Positions 19,789-29,826 of a stretch of 64,000 bases of DNA are shown here, in pieces. The number at the start of each line of letters is the position of its first letter. The first letter of the stretch is position 1. The position numbers and the translations under genes were made by a program. Below the pieces are notes generated by a model. The model worked only from the letters and a program-made list of their open reading frames with translations, was not told the origin of the DNA and ran no database searches. The stretch is from Syntrophorhabdaceae bacterium (lineage in GTDB: Bacteria; Desulfobacterota; Syntrophorhabdia; Syntrophorhabdales; Syntrophorhabdaceae), in assembly GCA_963666485.2 (NCBI GenBank), contig CAXXUO010000001.1, positions 128,001 to 192,000 of the forward strand. The letters run 5' to 3'.

Positions 19789-21745
19789 CTTTGTATATCC
19801 CTCTCTGTTCAAAGTCTTCGGCAACATAGCCCAGATCCAAATTCTTCAAAGTTTCCTTTTTAGGAATACCATCCATGTTCCAACCTTTGAAATTGTAGTA
19901 TGCGTCGAGAAGTTTCTCTTCCAGTTCCGGGAACCTCTTCTTCCAGTGGTCTTCGGGCGGCTTCTCGTCTGCCCTGCGGAGCCCTCGCCTTACGTTGATG
20001 GAACGGACGAGGGTGCGGTTCCGTGCGTAGACCTTCTTTATATCGTCTTCGCTCATATCGATGCCCGTCGATGCAGAGACCATCTTCGGGTAATTATGCA
20101 CATGGTACGGCGGCTTCAGCGGGAAGGAGGACAGGCCGGCACAGACTCCGAGGGAGTCGTCGAGATAGTGCATCATCTCCTGCCAATCCACGATATCTAC
20201 CGACATGTCGACGGTCGGGAAGTACGGGTTCGATTTCTCGCCGCGCATTTCCCATTCCATGACGATCTGTTTGAATTTGTCGTCGGGGCACTGCGGCCAA
20301 TCCCGGATGAAATTCTCTTTCTCTTCCTGCGTCGCAAACGGCGCCTGCGGGAACTGCCCTTCGATCTGGGTAATGTTTATCTTCTCGCCGGTCGCATACA
20401 TCAGGAAGTAGACCGGGTTGAGCATGCCAAGTTTCAAGGGAAGCTGCTCGTGTTTCTTGATATTGTTGTGGGCATATATGTCCGCGCCGTTTCCGATCTT
20501 CTGCGCGGCCCAGTATGTTCCGTCGGCCAGGATATCGCCGATGCCTTCGCGGCGGACGAGCCTGTCGAGGAGCCAGTAGAATTTGCCTTCGTTGTCTGTC
20601 GGGCAGCCTTCGAAATCCTTGTCTGAGAGGATGCCGGCTTCCCTGAGCTCGTAAGCGAATGCCAGCGTCTGCGGTACGGAGAACCCGTCGACCCCGTATT
20701 CCGTTGCCTTCTGTGCGATCCTGAAACCGAAGTCGAGGTCTTCGACAAACGCGGCCATTGAATACGTGAGTTTGGAGAAGCATTTCATCATGTACGTCGA
20801 GATGCCCGGGACGGATATGATGGCGCCGCATTTCATCGGGCAGTTGTAGCAGCTGATGAGGCGCTTGCGCACGCTCAGCTGGGTTTCTTTCCATTTCTTT
20901 TCGATCTCGGCGTTCCAGAAATCTTTCCGCCGTGCCCGGGAGTTCCCCCACATGAAGTTTTCCGTATGCCATTTCTCGTCGACATGGAGCATTTCCTGCG
21001 GTGAGCCAAGGCCCTGGAGGATTGTCATGACGTTCGGGACCGGGTTTTCGTTCCTGTATTTTATGTACTCGAGGACCTCGTTGCACAGGTCGATAAATTC
21101 CGCAGGCCGTGCCAGGTTAATGTCTTTCGTTCCCCTGACAGCGATGGCCTTCACGCCTTTATCGCCCATAACGGCACCAAGCCCGAGGCGGCTTGCGCTT
21201 GAACGGCCCTGCTCGATCGAGGCCATGAAGACCCTGTTCTCGCCGGCAAGACCGATAGCTGCCACCTGGCAGTTCGGCTCGTTGAGTTCCTTCTTGATGA
21301 GCTCCTGCGTCTCGACGGCGCCCTTCCCTTTCAAGTGGGAAGCGTCGCGGATCTCCACCTTGTCGTTGTTTATCCAGATGTAGACAAGGCTCGGTGATTT
21401 CCCGCGAAGGACGATCTTATCATAGCCTGCATATTTCAATTCCGGCGCGAAGAAGCCGCCCATCATCGAATACCCCATCAACAAAGTCTGGGGTGAGTAC
21501 GCGGTTATGATGGTCCTGTTTGCGCCAGGGGCAGGTGTACCGCCAAAGAGGCCGGCACTGAACGTAAGAGGGATATCGGCGTCGAAAGGATCTATCTCGG
21601 GGGGAACCCTATCCCATAAAAGCTTGGAACTGGTCCCCAAACCGCCAAGATAAAGTTCCGTATCCTTGGGATCGGTCTCGACACGCTCGACATTGCCTGT
21701 GCTTAAATCGATTTCCAGGTTAAATCCGTTTTCTCCATACCTCAT
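19775..21745 (-). CDS. bamB: Class II benzoyl-CoA reductase catalytic tungsten subunit BamB (AOR family)
   Basis: Closely resembles Geobacter BamB as recalled: TELYLGGLGT, GSPQEMLHVDEKWHTENF, ISCYNCPMKC, MMKCFSKLTY, HNNIKKHEQLPLKL, NITQIEGQFPQ. Confidence 0.95.
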   Translation of the reverse strand: MRYGENGFNLEIDLSTGNVERVETDPKDTELYLGGLGTSSKLLWDRVPPEIDPFDADIPLTFSAGLFGGTPAPGANRTIITAYSPQTLLMGYSMMGGFFAPELKYAGYDKIVLRGKSPSLVYIWINNDKVEIRDASHLKGKGAVETQELIKKELNEPNCQVAAIGLAGENRVFMASIEQGRSSASRLGLGAVMGDKGVKAIAVRGTKDINLARPAEFIDLCNEVLEYIKYRNENPVPNVMTILQGLGSPQEMLHVDEKWHTENFMWGNSRARRKDFWNAEIEKKWKETQLSVRKRLISCYNCPMKCGAIISVPGISTYMMKCFSKLTYSMAAFVEDLDFGFRIAQKATEYGVDGFSVPQTLAFAYELREAGILSDKDFEGCPTDNEGKFYWLLDRLVRREGIGDILADGTYWAAQKIGNGADIYAHNNIKKHEQLPLKLGMLNPVYFLMYATGEKINITQIEGQFPQAPFATQEEKENFIRDWPQCPDDKFKQIVMEWEMRGEKSNPYFPTVDMSVDIVDWQEMMHYLDDSLGVCAGLSSFPLKPPYHVHNYPKMVSASTGIDMSEDDIKKVYARNRTLVRSINVRRGLRRADEKPPEDHWKKRFPELEEKLLDAYYNFKGWNMDGIPKKETLKNLDLGYVAEDFEQRGIYKDGQD

Positions 21746-21802
21746 TTTTACTCCTCCAAGAGTATCTTCGCGACCTGAGCCCGAAGTTAGGTTTAGGTAA
21801 TT

Positions 21803-21857
21803 AAGTTAACAAATTCACAAAACCCTTGTCAAGGTCAAATAATGAAAGAATTCACAA
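21803..21857 (-). promoter_or_regulatory. Sigma70 promoter of bamB with two Rex-like operator boxes
   Basis: Minus strand TTGACA (21832-21827), 17-18 nt spacer, TTAACT/TAACTT; boxes aagttaa-caaa-TTCACAA (21803-21820) and taatgaa-agaa-TTCACAA (21840-21857). Confidence 0.6.
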
Positions 21858-22069
21858 GGTTAGGTGCTCTCTACGGTAACTTTAAAGTCATCACCTTGGA
21901 ACATTTCGGTATTTTGGGTATTTTTATTCTGTACATAGTAATTATATAATATATAATATTGAAATTTAAATAACAATTTAAAATTGAGCAAGCTTCGGAG
22001 CGATCATATCGGGCACCCGTCGTTGGAAGCAGGCATACCACACTATAATTTTCGGATTTTATTGACGAA

Positions 22070-23377
22070 TTATTTATTGCGTACCCTCTTGCCAAGGACG
22101 CAGGAGGTCTCGATCTGACGTTCCGGAATATTCCAATATTTTCTTAACAGATCATCCTTGTTTTCCATCAATTGAAAGCCGAATTTCTGGTAAAAACGCA
22201 CCGCCCAATCGGCGGCCTTCCATGTCCCCACCAGGAGCCACTCGGTGTCGGCCTGCCTCTCGATCAGATCATAAAGTTTCGACCCGATACCCCTGCCCTG
22301 CTCGGAGGGCAGAACATAGGCATGCCGGACAAGGGTCACATCGCCCACCCTCTCCCGTGCCATGACACCGAGCAATGCGAGGTCCCTCCGATATCCGTAA
22401 AAGGACATCCTTTTCATCTCATCTTCAAGCTCACTCATGGGCATGTACGGCTCGTGATAGCAATCACCGGGTATAACATCCCGGTACCGTTTCGATGCAT
22501 CATCAATGACCGGGAATATCTCATCTGTGTCCTCAACCCCGAAAAGGCCCTCCTTCCAGAACCCGTAAAGGTCGTACGCATTCCGGAACGCGATCCTGTC
22601 GAGCACCTCACCGTCATCGACAAGACGGGAAAGGACGTCGTAATTTTTCCGGATGCCGGGAACACCGGGGAAATCCGTCCCGAAAAGATATTTGTGCGCG
22701 AACTTCTTCATCGAGGGCCAGTAATTCAAGAGATTTCCGGGCGGAAGGCCCGATATATCGATGTACACATTGTCAAAATTCTTGACGAGGAATTCGGCGA
22801 TATTGTACCAGAAACCGCGGCCTCCGTGGCACAGGACGATCTTCAGGCGGGGGAAATCATTGACCACATCGTCGAATGTGTACGGGTCGGAATACCGCAT
22901 CTTCGAGCCCTCAAAAAGACTGGTGCCCGCATGGAACAGAACGGGCAGGTCCTGATCCTGGCATGCATCGTATATCGGGTAGAGCCTCTTATCATTCGCA
23001 TAGAAGAATCCGTGGATGGGATGCAGCTTGAGCGCCCGGCCACCGAGGCCCAACTGCCGGGTAAACTCGGACATCAGGTCATCGTGAAAGTTCAGGTTCA
23101 AATTCGCTATCGGGACAAGTTCGGGATGGAACGTATGTATCTCGAGCGCGCGCTCGATGGGCATCACGCCGGCGGTAAGGGGTGAGTATTCGGGGATCAG
23201 TACGCCTCCGAACACCCCCTCGCGCTTGATGACGGCCCCGTATTCTTCGGCCATCTGCCTTTGTTCCCCGTCATACAGCAAGGGAATGTAGGGTCCGGTC
23301 TGCATCCAGACCTTCTGGGCCCGCTCGGTCCACTCAAACCTGTGGCCGACATGGATATGCGTATCTATTATCCGCAT
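22070..23377 (-). CDS. Amidohydrolase_2 family protein fused to a C-terminal GNAT acetyltransferase
   Basis: IDTHIH, LKLHP, VLFHAG, IVLCHGG and LFGTDFP motifs, then RHAYVLPSEQGRGIGSKL and AVRFYQKFGF. Confidence 0.85.
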   Translation of the reverse strand: MRIIDTHIHVGHRFEWTERAQKVWMQTGPYIPLLYDGEQRQMAEEYGAVIKREGVFGGVLIPEYSPLTAGVMPIERALEIHTFHPELVPIANLNLNFHDDLMSEFTRQLGLGGRALKLHPIHGFFYANDKRLYPIYDACQDQDLPVLFHAGTSLFEGSKMRYSDPYTFDDVVNDFPRLKIVLCHGGRGFWYNIAEFLVKNFDNVYIDISGLPPGNLLNYWPSMKKFAHKYLFGTDFPGVPGIRKNYDVLSRLVDDGEVLDRIAFRNAYDLYGFWKEGLFGVEDTDEIFPVIDDASKRYRDVIPGDCYHEPYMPMSELEDEMKRMSFYGYRRDLALLGVMARERVGDVTLVRHAYVLPSEQGRGIGSKLYDLIERQADTEWLLVGTWKAADWAVRFYQKFGFQLMENKDDLLRKYWNIPERQIETSCVLGKRVRNK

Positions 23378-23474
23378 AGTTCATTGTATAAAAAGAAAGG
23401 CTGTTGTTCAAGCTAAGGATGCGGCGGAAATTGTACACATTTTGTTAAATTCTCTGATCTTTGGCACGGGAGGA

Positions 23475-24491
23475 TCAGAAACGGTATTCCAGGGTAAAAG
23501 ACAGGCTGGCCTGCTTTGACCAGACCGTGGCGAGATTCGACCAGCTGAAATCCATATCGAGGGGGCGGTTAAGCATGCGATGGTTGCCCGTCGTGGTCAA
23601 CGCGAGGTAGTCCAGTTCAAGGCCGACACCGAAATTGTCCCCGATATACTTCTTGAGCCCGATCGAGGCGTGCCAGGCGTAACCGTACGTGTTCTCAAGG
23701 GTAAAACGCTGGCCCGGCCTCAACAGGTGATTGTCCTCATTTTCACCTTCAACGTATGCCCAATCGCCCTGCATCAGGAGCATGAGGGCCTTTATCCCTG
23801 TCAGAGAAGATAGGTCTACGTGGGTACGCAGGCCGATAAAATACTGCCAGTACTGCTGTTTGAAGCGTATCCCCTCCCCGGGCAGGGCAACTGCCGGCGT
23901 ACTGCCCGTCAGGTCCCATTGCACGCCATCATGAGAGACGAGATTGAATTTCTGCCAGCGTATACCGCCAACCGGCTTTATGCTCAGCCATTTCGGAAGG
24001 CGCAGCCAGTCTGAGACGTCCATATCCGCATCGAACCTGACCATGTAGCTCGGTGCGACCCGCATATCGGATTTACTGTAAATGGTCTTCTCTTCGGGCC
24101 TTGCACCATCGTCCCAATCTGAATCCTTGAATTGACCGTGCGCGTTCTGCGTGAGGTTCGTCAGGCCTTCCAGTCCGAAGGAGAAGCGGGAAAAGTTGAA
24201 TTTCACCTCCAGTCCGCCCCACCAGGTGTCGAGGGGAAATTCAAGCCGGCTCAACGGGTCCTGGTAAGGAGAAAACGGGTTGGCAAATTCATATGATGTG
24301 TAGCTGCGGAAAAGATATTTCAGTTTCCCGCCGATCGAGAACGACTTCGTGACCGGTACCGATCCACTTTTTTCCAGGGGTGCGGCGGCTGAATGAGAGA
24401 AAGTGAGGAGGGTAAGGGAGATAACAAAGCCAACCACGTGAAAAAATCGGCGGGTCGGTAGTCTCTTCAGCATGGTTTCCCATCTTAACAC
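23475..24491 (-). CDS. Omptin-family outer-membrane protease
   Basis: Signal peptide; LSRLEFPLD, KDSDW (Asp-Asp) and EDNHLLR (Asp-His) motifs; terminal EYRF beta-signal; start uncertain. Confidence 0.75.
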   Translation of the reverse strand: MLRWETMLKRLPTRRFFHVVGFVISLTLLTFSHSAAAPLEKSGSVPVTKSFSIGGKLKYLFRSYTSYEFANPFSPYQDPLSRLEFPLDTWWGGLEVKFNFSRFSFGLEGLTNLTQNAHGQFKDSDWDDGARPEEKTIYSKSDMRVAPSYMVRFDADMDVSDWLRLPKWLSIKPVGGIRWQKFNLVSHDGVQWDLTGSTPAVALPGEGIRFKQQYWQYFIGLRTHVDLSSLTGIKALMLLMQGDWAYVEGENEDNHLLRPGQRFTLENTYGYAWHASIGLKKYIGDNFGVGLELDYLALTTTGNHRMLNRPLDMDFSWSNLATVWSKQASLSFTLEYRF

Positions 24492-24558
24492 AGCGGTTGG
24501 AAATGTAAAACATCCCCGGAAACCTCACGTGCTGAGAAACGAAAAAAGCAAGATGTTG

Positions 24559-25728
24559 TCAGATTGTCAAAAAACCATCGGGGGCGAGGCTGGTTGCCAG
24601 CATCACCGTGTTGATATCCCGGTGTTCTTTCCAGGCATCCGTTTTTCGGTTTGCCTCGTCGAGCCAGTATTCCTCGATCCTGTCCTTAAGCGACATATAT
24701 TTCCAGAACGTCTTGAGCATGACCGGGATGTCCCGGTCGTCCTTGAAAACAGCCATATTGTCGCGCAGGAAAGAATCGAGAGATTCCAACGCGTGAAGCC
24801 CGATCGCCAGCCCGAGTTCCCGGAAGGCAAGGCGGAATTCTGCCGGCGTGTAGAGGAAATTCTCCCGGCCGGGATATTTGAGCCCCGGCATGGCTGCCTC
24901 GAGAACGATCCTCAGCATGTCGGAACCTTCGAGGGTCCCCTGCGCAAAAAGCTGCGCAACCCTGAACGCATCGCATAAAAGACCGCCAAGCCCGAGAAGG
25001 TCGTCCGTTTGCCAGTCCCTGTCCGCGCATATGCCGATGAGGTCGTCGATCTCGGTCTGCAGGCTCAATGAAGCCGGCGCCCCGGGGTCGCGTGCAAGTG
25101 CCCCCTGGAGCTCAATGTACGTGATCAGCCCGTCGAGCGGGTCGTGGTGCCCCATCGATTCGACCAGCGGGTAGGACAGGTTGATGCTCATCTTCCAGTA
25201 CATTCGTTTCGAATGCGCACTGTTCCCGTACACGAAGCCGCGGTGAGCGGTCTTTGCGAGTTCGACCGCCCACCTGTTGAATATATGGTTCCCGGTAACC
25301 GTGCTTACCCGGTTCAGGGCATGCATCCATTTCGTCAGGTAATGATAGTACTGCCCGTCCCTTTCCCATTCCTTGTATTCATCGATCGGGTCGCCGGGCC
25401 CGCGTTCATCCATCGCTTTACCGATCCGCAGCCCCCCGGCCGTGGGATGTGCCGCGCCCTCCTTTTCGGTGAGGCCGCTCAACCATCCCTGGTGCTGTGA
25501 ACCTGTGCGATGCTTGCCGAGGACCTGGTGCACTTCATCGACGAGAAGAAGTGCAAGCTCCTTCCATTTACCATCGCCCGTCGCCTGGTAAAGCCCGAGA
25601 AAATTGCAGACGGCGTAAGCGTCTGTCCAGAGGTAGCGCTTGGAGAATTGACCCGCGGGCGAAAGCCCGGTGCGTTCCGCGAAGTCTTCCATGAATTCCG
25701 CCGCGCTTTGCATCCTTTCCTGGTCCAT
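24559..25728 (-). CDS. Conserved hypothetical protein (RYLWTDA / DGQYYHYLTKW family)
   Basis: Long ORF with conserved-looking motifs RYLWTDAYAV, GGLRIGK, RMYWKMSINL, SMGHHDPLDG and RLAFRELG. Confidence 0.75.
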   Translation of the reverse strand: MDQERMQSAAEFMEDFAERTGLSPAGQFSKRYLWTDAYAVCNFLGLYQATGDGKWKELALLLVDEVHQVLGKHRTGSQHQGWLSGLTEKEGAAHPTAGGLRIGKAMDERGPGDPIDEYKEWERDGQYYHYLTKWMHALNRVSTVTGNHIFNRWAVELAKTAHRGFVYGNSAHSKRMYWKMSINLSYPLVESMGHHDPLDGLITYIELQGALARDPGAPASLSLQTEIDDLIGICADRDWQTDDLLGLGGLLCDAFRVAQLFAQGTLEGSDMLRIVLEAAMPGLKYPGRENFLYTPAEFRLAFRELGLAIGLHALESLDSFLRDNMAVFKDDRDIPVMLKTFWKYMSLKDRIEEYWLDEANRKTDAWKEHRDINTVMLATSLAPDGFLTI

Positions 25729-25992
25729 GCACCCTCTTGTCACTTGCTTCTGCATTCCGGCATGCAGCGCCGCCGGGGGGGGGCAGGCAGGCAATGCCGT
25801 GATTTATAGTAATGAATATATATTGCGGGGTTGGTATATGCAAGACAGTTTATGCCGGTGTTTTACCGTGATGCCGGCCTGAATTGCAGGGTGAGCCCTC
25901 TATTTTCCTCTTATTAAACATATATGGTCAACCGGCCGGCTGTTTGCTAGCATAACCCTGAAAAATAAACGCAGCACATGGGGGGATCTCGC

Positions 25993-26907
25993 ATGGAAGA
26001 CAAAGCAAACCTGCACGGAATGGGCTGGCTGCCCGACTACCCGGACATCAGGGACTTCACACCCGACCACGACAGGGTCCCGAGGAAGCTCGCGGCAATG
26101 GGCGAGACAAGGTCTGTTCGCGACATGCTCCTAAAGGCCGGTATATCGGGAGGGGCGCAGCCGGACCTGCCGGCCCTCGTTGACCTCAGGCAATGGTGCC
26201 CGCCGATAGAGGACCAGGGCAAGATCGGCTCCTGCACCGCCCATGCGGGAGTGTCCATCGTAGAGTATTTCGAGAGAAGGGCCTTTGGGAATCATCTCGA
26301 TGCCTCACGGCTGTTTCTCTACAAGGCCACGCGCAACCTGCTGCACCACGCCGGGGATACCGGGGCATTCATACGCTCGGCCATGGCCGCCCTGGCACTT
26401 TTCGGCGTGCCGCCCGAAGAACACTGGCCTTACAACCCTGCAGACTTTGACAAAGAGCCTCCGGCTTTTTGTTATGCGCTTGCGAGAAATTACCAGGCGA
26501 TCAGTTATTACCGGCTCGACAGCCCCGGCATAACGAAAGATGCGCTGCTTACGGCCATCAAGAAAGACCTTGCAGCGGGAATTCCTGCCATGTTCGGCTT
26601 CACTGTTTATAATTCCTATATGCAATCCGTGAAAACCGGAAAGATACCTTTTCCGGCCGGAAACGAGAAAATAGTGGGCGGGCATGCCGTCGCAGCCATG
26701 GGATATGACGACTCGATCACCATCAGGAACGCAGGCGCTGCGGAAGAAACGCAAGGCGCCCTGCTCATCAGGAATTCCTGGGGCGCCGGGTGGGGCATGG
26801 ACGGCTATGGGTGGCTCCCGTATGAATATGTCCTGAAAGGACTTGCCATTGACTGGTGGTCAGTCATTAAATGCCAGTGGATAGACACCGGGCTTTTCAA
26901 GCTCTAG
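25993..26907 (+). CDS. Papain-like (C1) cysteine peptidase
   Basis: DLRQWCPPIEDQGKIGSCTA (Gln/Cys), GGHAV (His), IRNSWG (Asn). Confidence 0.92.
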   Translation: MEDKANLHGMGWLPDYPDIRDFTPDHDRVPRKLAAMGETRSVRDMLLKAGISGGAQPDLPALVDLRQWCPPIEDQGKIGSCTAHAGVSIVEYFERRAFGNHLDASRLFLYKATRNLLHHAGDTGAFIRSAMAALALFGVPPEEHWPYNPADFDKEPPAFCYALARNYQAISYYRLDSPGITKDALLTAIKKDLAAGIPAMFGFTVYNSYMQSVKTGKIPFPAGNEKIVGGHAVAAMGYDDSITIRNAGAAEETQGALLIRNSWGAGWGMDGYGWLPYEYVLKGLAIDWWSVIKCQWIDTGLFKL

Positions 26908-26926
26908 CTTCCAGGGTAGAGACCGG

Positions 26927-28633
26927 TCATTCTCTCGCACTGACTTTCTGTTTTTCTATCCATGTCCCGATCTCTTCTTCGAGGACGGGCAGGAGAAGTG
27001 CGCCGTTGTCAAGGACCGCATTGTGGAATGTCCTGATATCGAATGCAGGCCCAAGCTCCCGCTCGGCCCGCTCGCGCAATTGCCGGATCCGTAATTCACC
27101 GATCTTGTATGACAGCGCCTGGCCGGGCATGACGATGTACCGGTCTACCTCTACCGCGATATCCTGCTCTGTTTTTGCGGTCTCATTCCTCATGAAATCG
27201 ATGGCCTGCTGCCGACTCCAGCCGAAATGATGGATCCCTGTATCCACAACCAGGCGGCACGCGCGCCACATCTCGTACATGAGCTGGCCGAACCGGGAAT
27301 ACGGGTCCGTATAAAAACCCATTTCTTTTCCCAAACTCTCTGCATACAATGCCCAGCCCTCAATATAGGCCGTGTACGAGGCGTTCCGCCGGAAACGGGA
27401 CAAATGGCGAAGCTCCTGGGCCCGCGAGATCTGCAGGTGATGGCCCGGCACGGCCTCGTGGAGCACCAGGGCTTCCATCTCGAACTTCGGGCGCATGTCG
27501 AGCCGGTAGGTGTTTACCATGAAGTACCCGGCCCGCGACCCGTCGGACGCCCCGGGGTAATACATGGCCGTCGTCTGGCTCGGGGCCTCGTAATCGGGGA
27601 ATGCACGCACCCCGTAAGGGTTGCGGGGAAGCTCCGCGAAAAGACCGGGTAATTCAGCATCCACACGCTTTGCGATGTCCCGGTAGGCCACGACGAGGTC
27701 ATTCTCATCTGTGAAATAAAACCGCGAATCGCTGCGAAGAAATGACGAAAAATCATCGAGCGACCCGTCAAACCCCGTTCTTGTCATGACAGACAGCATA
27801 TCCTGCCTGATGCGGCCGACCTCGCTCAAGCCGATCTCGTGGATCTCTTCGGCAGTCATTTCTGTCGTCGTGTGTTCGAATATGCAATGGGCGTAATAGG
27901 CCGTGCCGTCCGGAAGCTCGCTTGCAGCGATAGGCCGCGCCCCGGCGGGCAGGTATGTGTTCACGACAAAATCATGGAACATTGACAGTGAAGGAAAAAT
28001 GGCATCCGTGATAAGCCGGCTGATATCCGACCGCAAGGACTCCCTCTCTGACCCGGTGATGTTCTCCGGTATGCGCTCGAGAGGTTTGTAAAATGCACTT
28101 TGTTCAACATCGTCCGTCACCTGCCCTTTTATCTGATCGGGCACTCCCTGAAGCGGTACAGAAGGCAACACCCACCCGGTCTCGATGCCACGCCGCAAAA
28201 GATCGGTCACCTGGCCGAGATAAGCCGGATAGGCCCTCATTCGCTTTTCATAATTGCGGTAATCGGCCGCCGTCCTGAACGGCGTTATCGAGACCAGCTG
28301 GGCGAGATCGAGATGGGGACCATATATCTGCGTGAGCATGAGGACCGGAGGAAACCTGTGTGCCCTGACGGCAAGATCGAGGCTCCACGCGAGAAGTTTG
28401 AAGGACAGGGCATCCTGTTGCGAAAAACCGGACCGATCGATCTTGCGGACCCGCTCGAGCCATTGCCGCTCGTCACCGCGCCTCTTTTCAATAGCGGCCG
28501 GGGACAGGTCGGTAAGCCGGTCATTGTACCTGTTATCACCGGTCCACGTCGAGAGTTCCGGGTACTCGTTGAGGCACCATTCCCAGTATTCTTCCTGAAG
28601 CCTTTCAAAAACACTCTGACCTTTTTCATTCAT
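26927..28633 (-). CDS. DUF885 family protein (probable metallopeptidase)
   Basis: LHEAVPGHHLQ, YIEGWALYAE, RACRLVVDTGIH and PGQALSYKIG motifs. Confidence 0.9.
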   Translation of the reverse strand: MNEKGQSVFERLQEEYWEWCLNEYPELSTWTGDNRYNDRLTDLSPAAIEKRRGDERQWLERVRKIDRSGFSQQDALSFKLLAWSLDLAVRAHRFPPVLMLTQIYGPHLDLAQLVSITPFRTAADYRNYEKRMRAYPAYLGQVTDLLRRGIETGWVLPSVPLQGVPDQIKGQVTDDVEQSAFYKPLERIPENITGSERESLRSDISRLITDAIFPSLSMFHDFVVNTYLPAGARPIAASELPDGTAYYAHCIFEHTTTEMTAEEIHEIGLSEVGRIRQDMLSVMTRTGFDGSLDDFSSFLRSDSRFYFTDENDLVVAYRDIAKRVDAELPGLFAELPRNPYGVRAFPDYEAPSQTTAMYYPGASDGSRAGYFMVNTYRLDMRPKFEMEALVLHEAVPGHHLQISRAQELRHLSRFRRNASYTAYIEGWALYAESLGKEMGFYTDPYSRFGQLMYEMWRACRLVVDTGIHHFGWSRQQAIDFMRNETAKTEQDIAVEVDRYIVMPGQALSYKIGELRIRQLRERAERELGPAFDIRTFHNAVLDNGALLLPVLEEEIGTWIEKQKVSARE

Positions 28634-28818
28634 CTGAGATCACCCGATATAATGTATTCCGGCACGCCCGGGGGGCCGCAAGACCCGACCGCTTCTTTGG
28701 GCAGAGACCGTTCCTTATTATACAACGTGGATCGCATTATGCATCGGCCGCATTTTCTATTATACTGTAGAGGGAACGAAAGCTCCGGACTCATCGAATT
28801 GGAGGACGGTCGGGAATA

Positions 28819-29526
28819 ATGGCGGGGAAGACGGGTATAGTCCTCATGCCGGGTATCGATGGTACCGGGATATTTTTCGATCCGCTTGTTAAAGCCCTGC
28901 CGACTGATATCCCCGTATCGGTGATAACATATCCCCCCGGGAAGATCATGTCTCTCGACGAGCACGCCGAATTCGTCACCCGGCATTTCCCGGCGGACAA
29001 TGTCGTGATCGTGGCCGAATCCTTTTCGGGCCTTGTCGGCCTGGCTCTTCTCCATCAAAAGCCAAAAAGCGTCAAAGGCGCTATATTCAGCGCCGCCTTT
29101 GCCGGTCCGCTTCATCGGCATGTGATCTGCGGCCTCTCCCGGATACCCGGCATGGAATCCCTCATCAGGAAACTTCCCGTATCCCTCCTCGAGTATTTCC
29201 TTTTCGGTCCCTTTGCCAACAGCGAGCTCAGGGCACTTTTGGTCTGCGGGCTCCCCGGGATCGACGGGAAGTCCCTCAAGCAGCGGGCCCGCCTTACCGC
29301 TTCCGGCTATCCCCGCCCCGACGAGAGCTTCACCACAGCGTGCCTGTACCTCGAAGCCGCCCGGGACCGTGTCGTCCCCCCACAGGCCGCCTCGTGGTTC
29401 GCGGACCATTTTTATACATTCGAACGCGCCCGGTTTGACGCCCCTCATTGTCTTCTCCAGACAAAACCTGTGGAGTGCGCCGCAAAGATCGTGGAATTCA
29501 TAGCAACCGTGAGCCGGCAGCAGTGA
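28819..29526 (+). CDS. Alpha/beta hydrolase
   Basis: LMPGIDGTG, AESFSG nucleophile elbow, DRVV, APHCLL. Confidence 0.8.
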   Translation: MAGKTGIVLMPGIDGTGIFFDPLVKALPTDIPVSVITYPPGKIMSLDEHAEFVTRHFPADNVVIVAESFSGLVGLALLHQKPKSVKGAIFSAAFAGPLHRHVICGLSRIPGMESLIRKLPVSLLEYFLFGPFANSELRALLVCGLPGIDGKSLKQRARLTASGYPRPDESFTTACLYLEAARDRVVPPQAASWFADHFYTFERARFDAPHCLLQTKPVECAAKIVEFIATVSRQQ

Positions 29527-29537
29527 GTCTTTTTTCA

Positions 29538-29558
29538 CCTCACGCCTCACGCCTCACG
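29538..29558. repeat. Heptamer tandem repeat (CCTCACG)x3
   Basis: Read directly, just after the hydrolase stop. Confidence 0.75.
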
Positions 29559-29718
29559 TTTCCTATTAAGCCCGGCCCGATTTCAGCGACAAACAGAGTA
29601 TGGCATGATCACGTGCCCTCAAGACAATGATCTGCATCAGGGCCTTCTTCGCAACTAAAATACCTTTACCCCGGCGATGAAGGCCCTTTCTTCCAAAATC
29701 TAACAAGACAATTTGCCA

Positions 29719-29776
29719 TTGACACCCACGAAATCCATAGTGTACAAAGTACAGGTAACCTGAATCATACGTTACC
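29719..29776 (+). promoter_or_regulatory. Putative promoter (-35 TTGACA) and operator GGTAAC-N11-GTTACC
   Basis: TTGACA at 29719-29724; inverted repeat at 29754-29776 upstream of the operon. Confidence 0.4.
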
Positions 29777-29826
29777 AGTTTATTAAACATCCGGACCATT
29801 CCTTAAAAATAAACGGGGCGCGCTGC

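Noticed and set aside
21871..22095. 74-aa ORF in the AT-rich tract
   Set aside because: Atypical composition; it overlaps the regulatory region upstream of bamB
28630..29550. 306-aa minus-strand ORF
   Set aside because: It is antisense to the alpha/beta hydrolase, which carries the recognisable motifs
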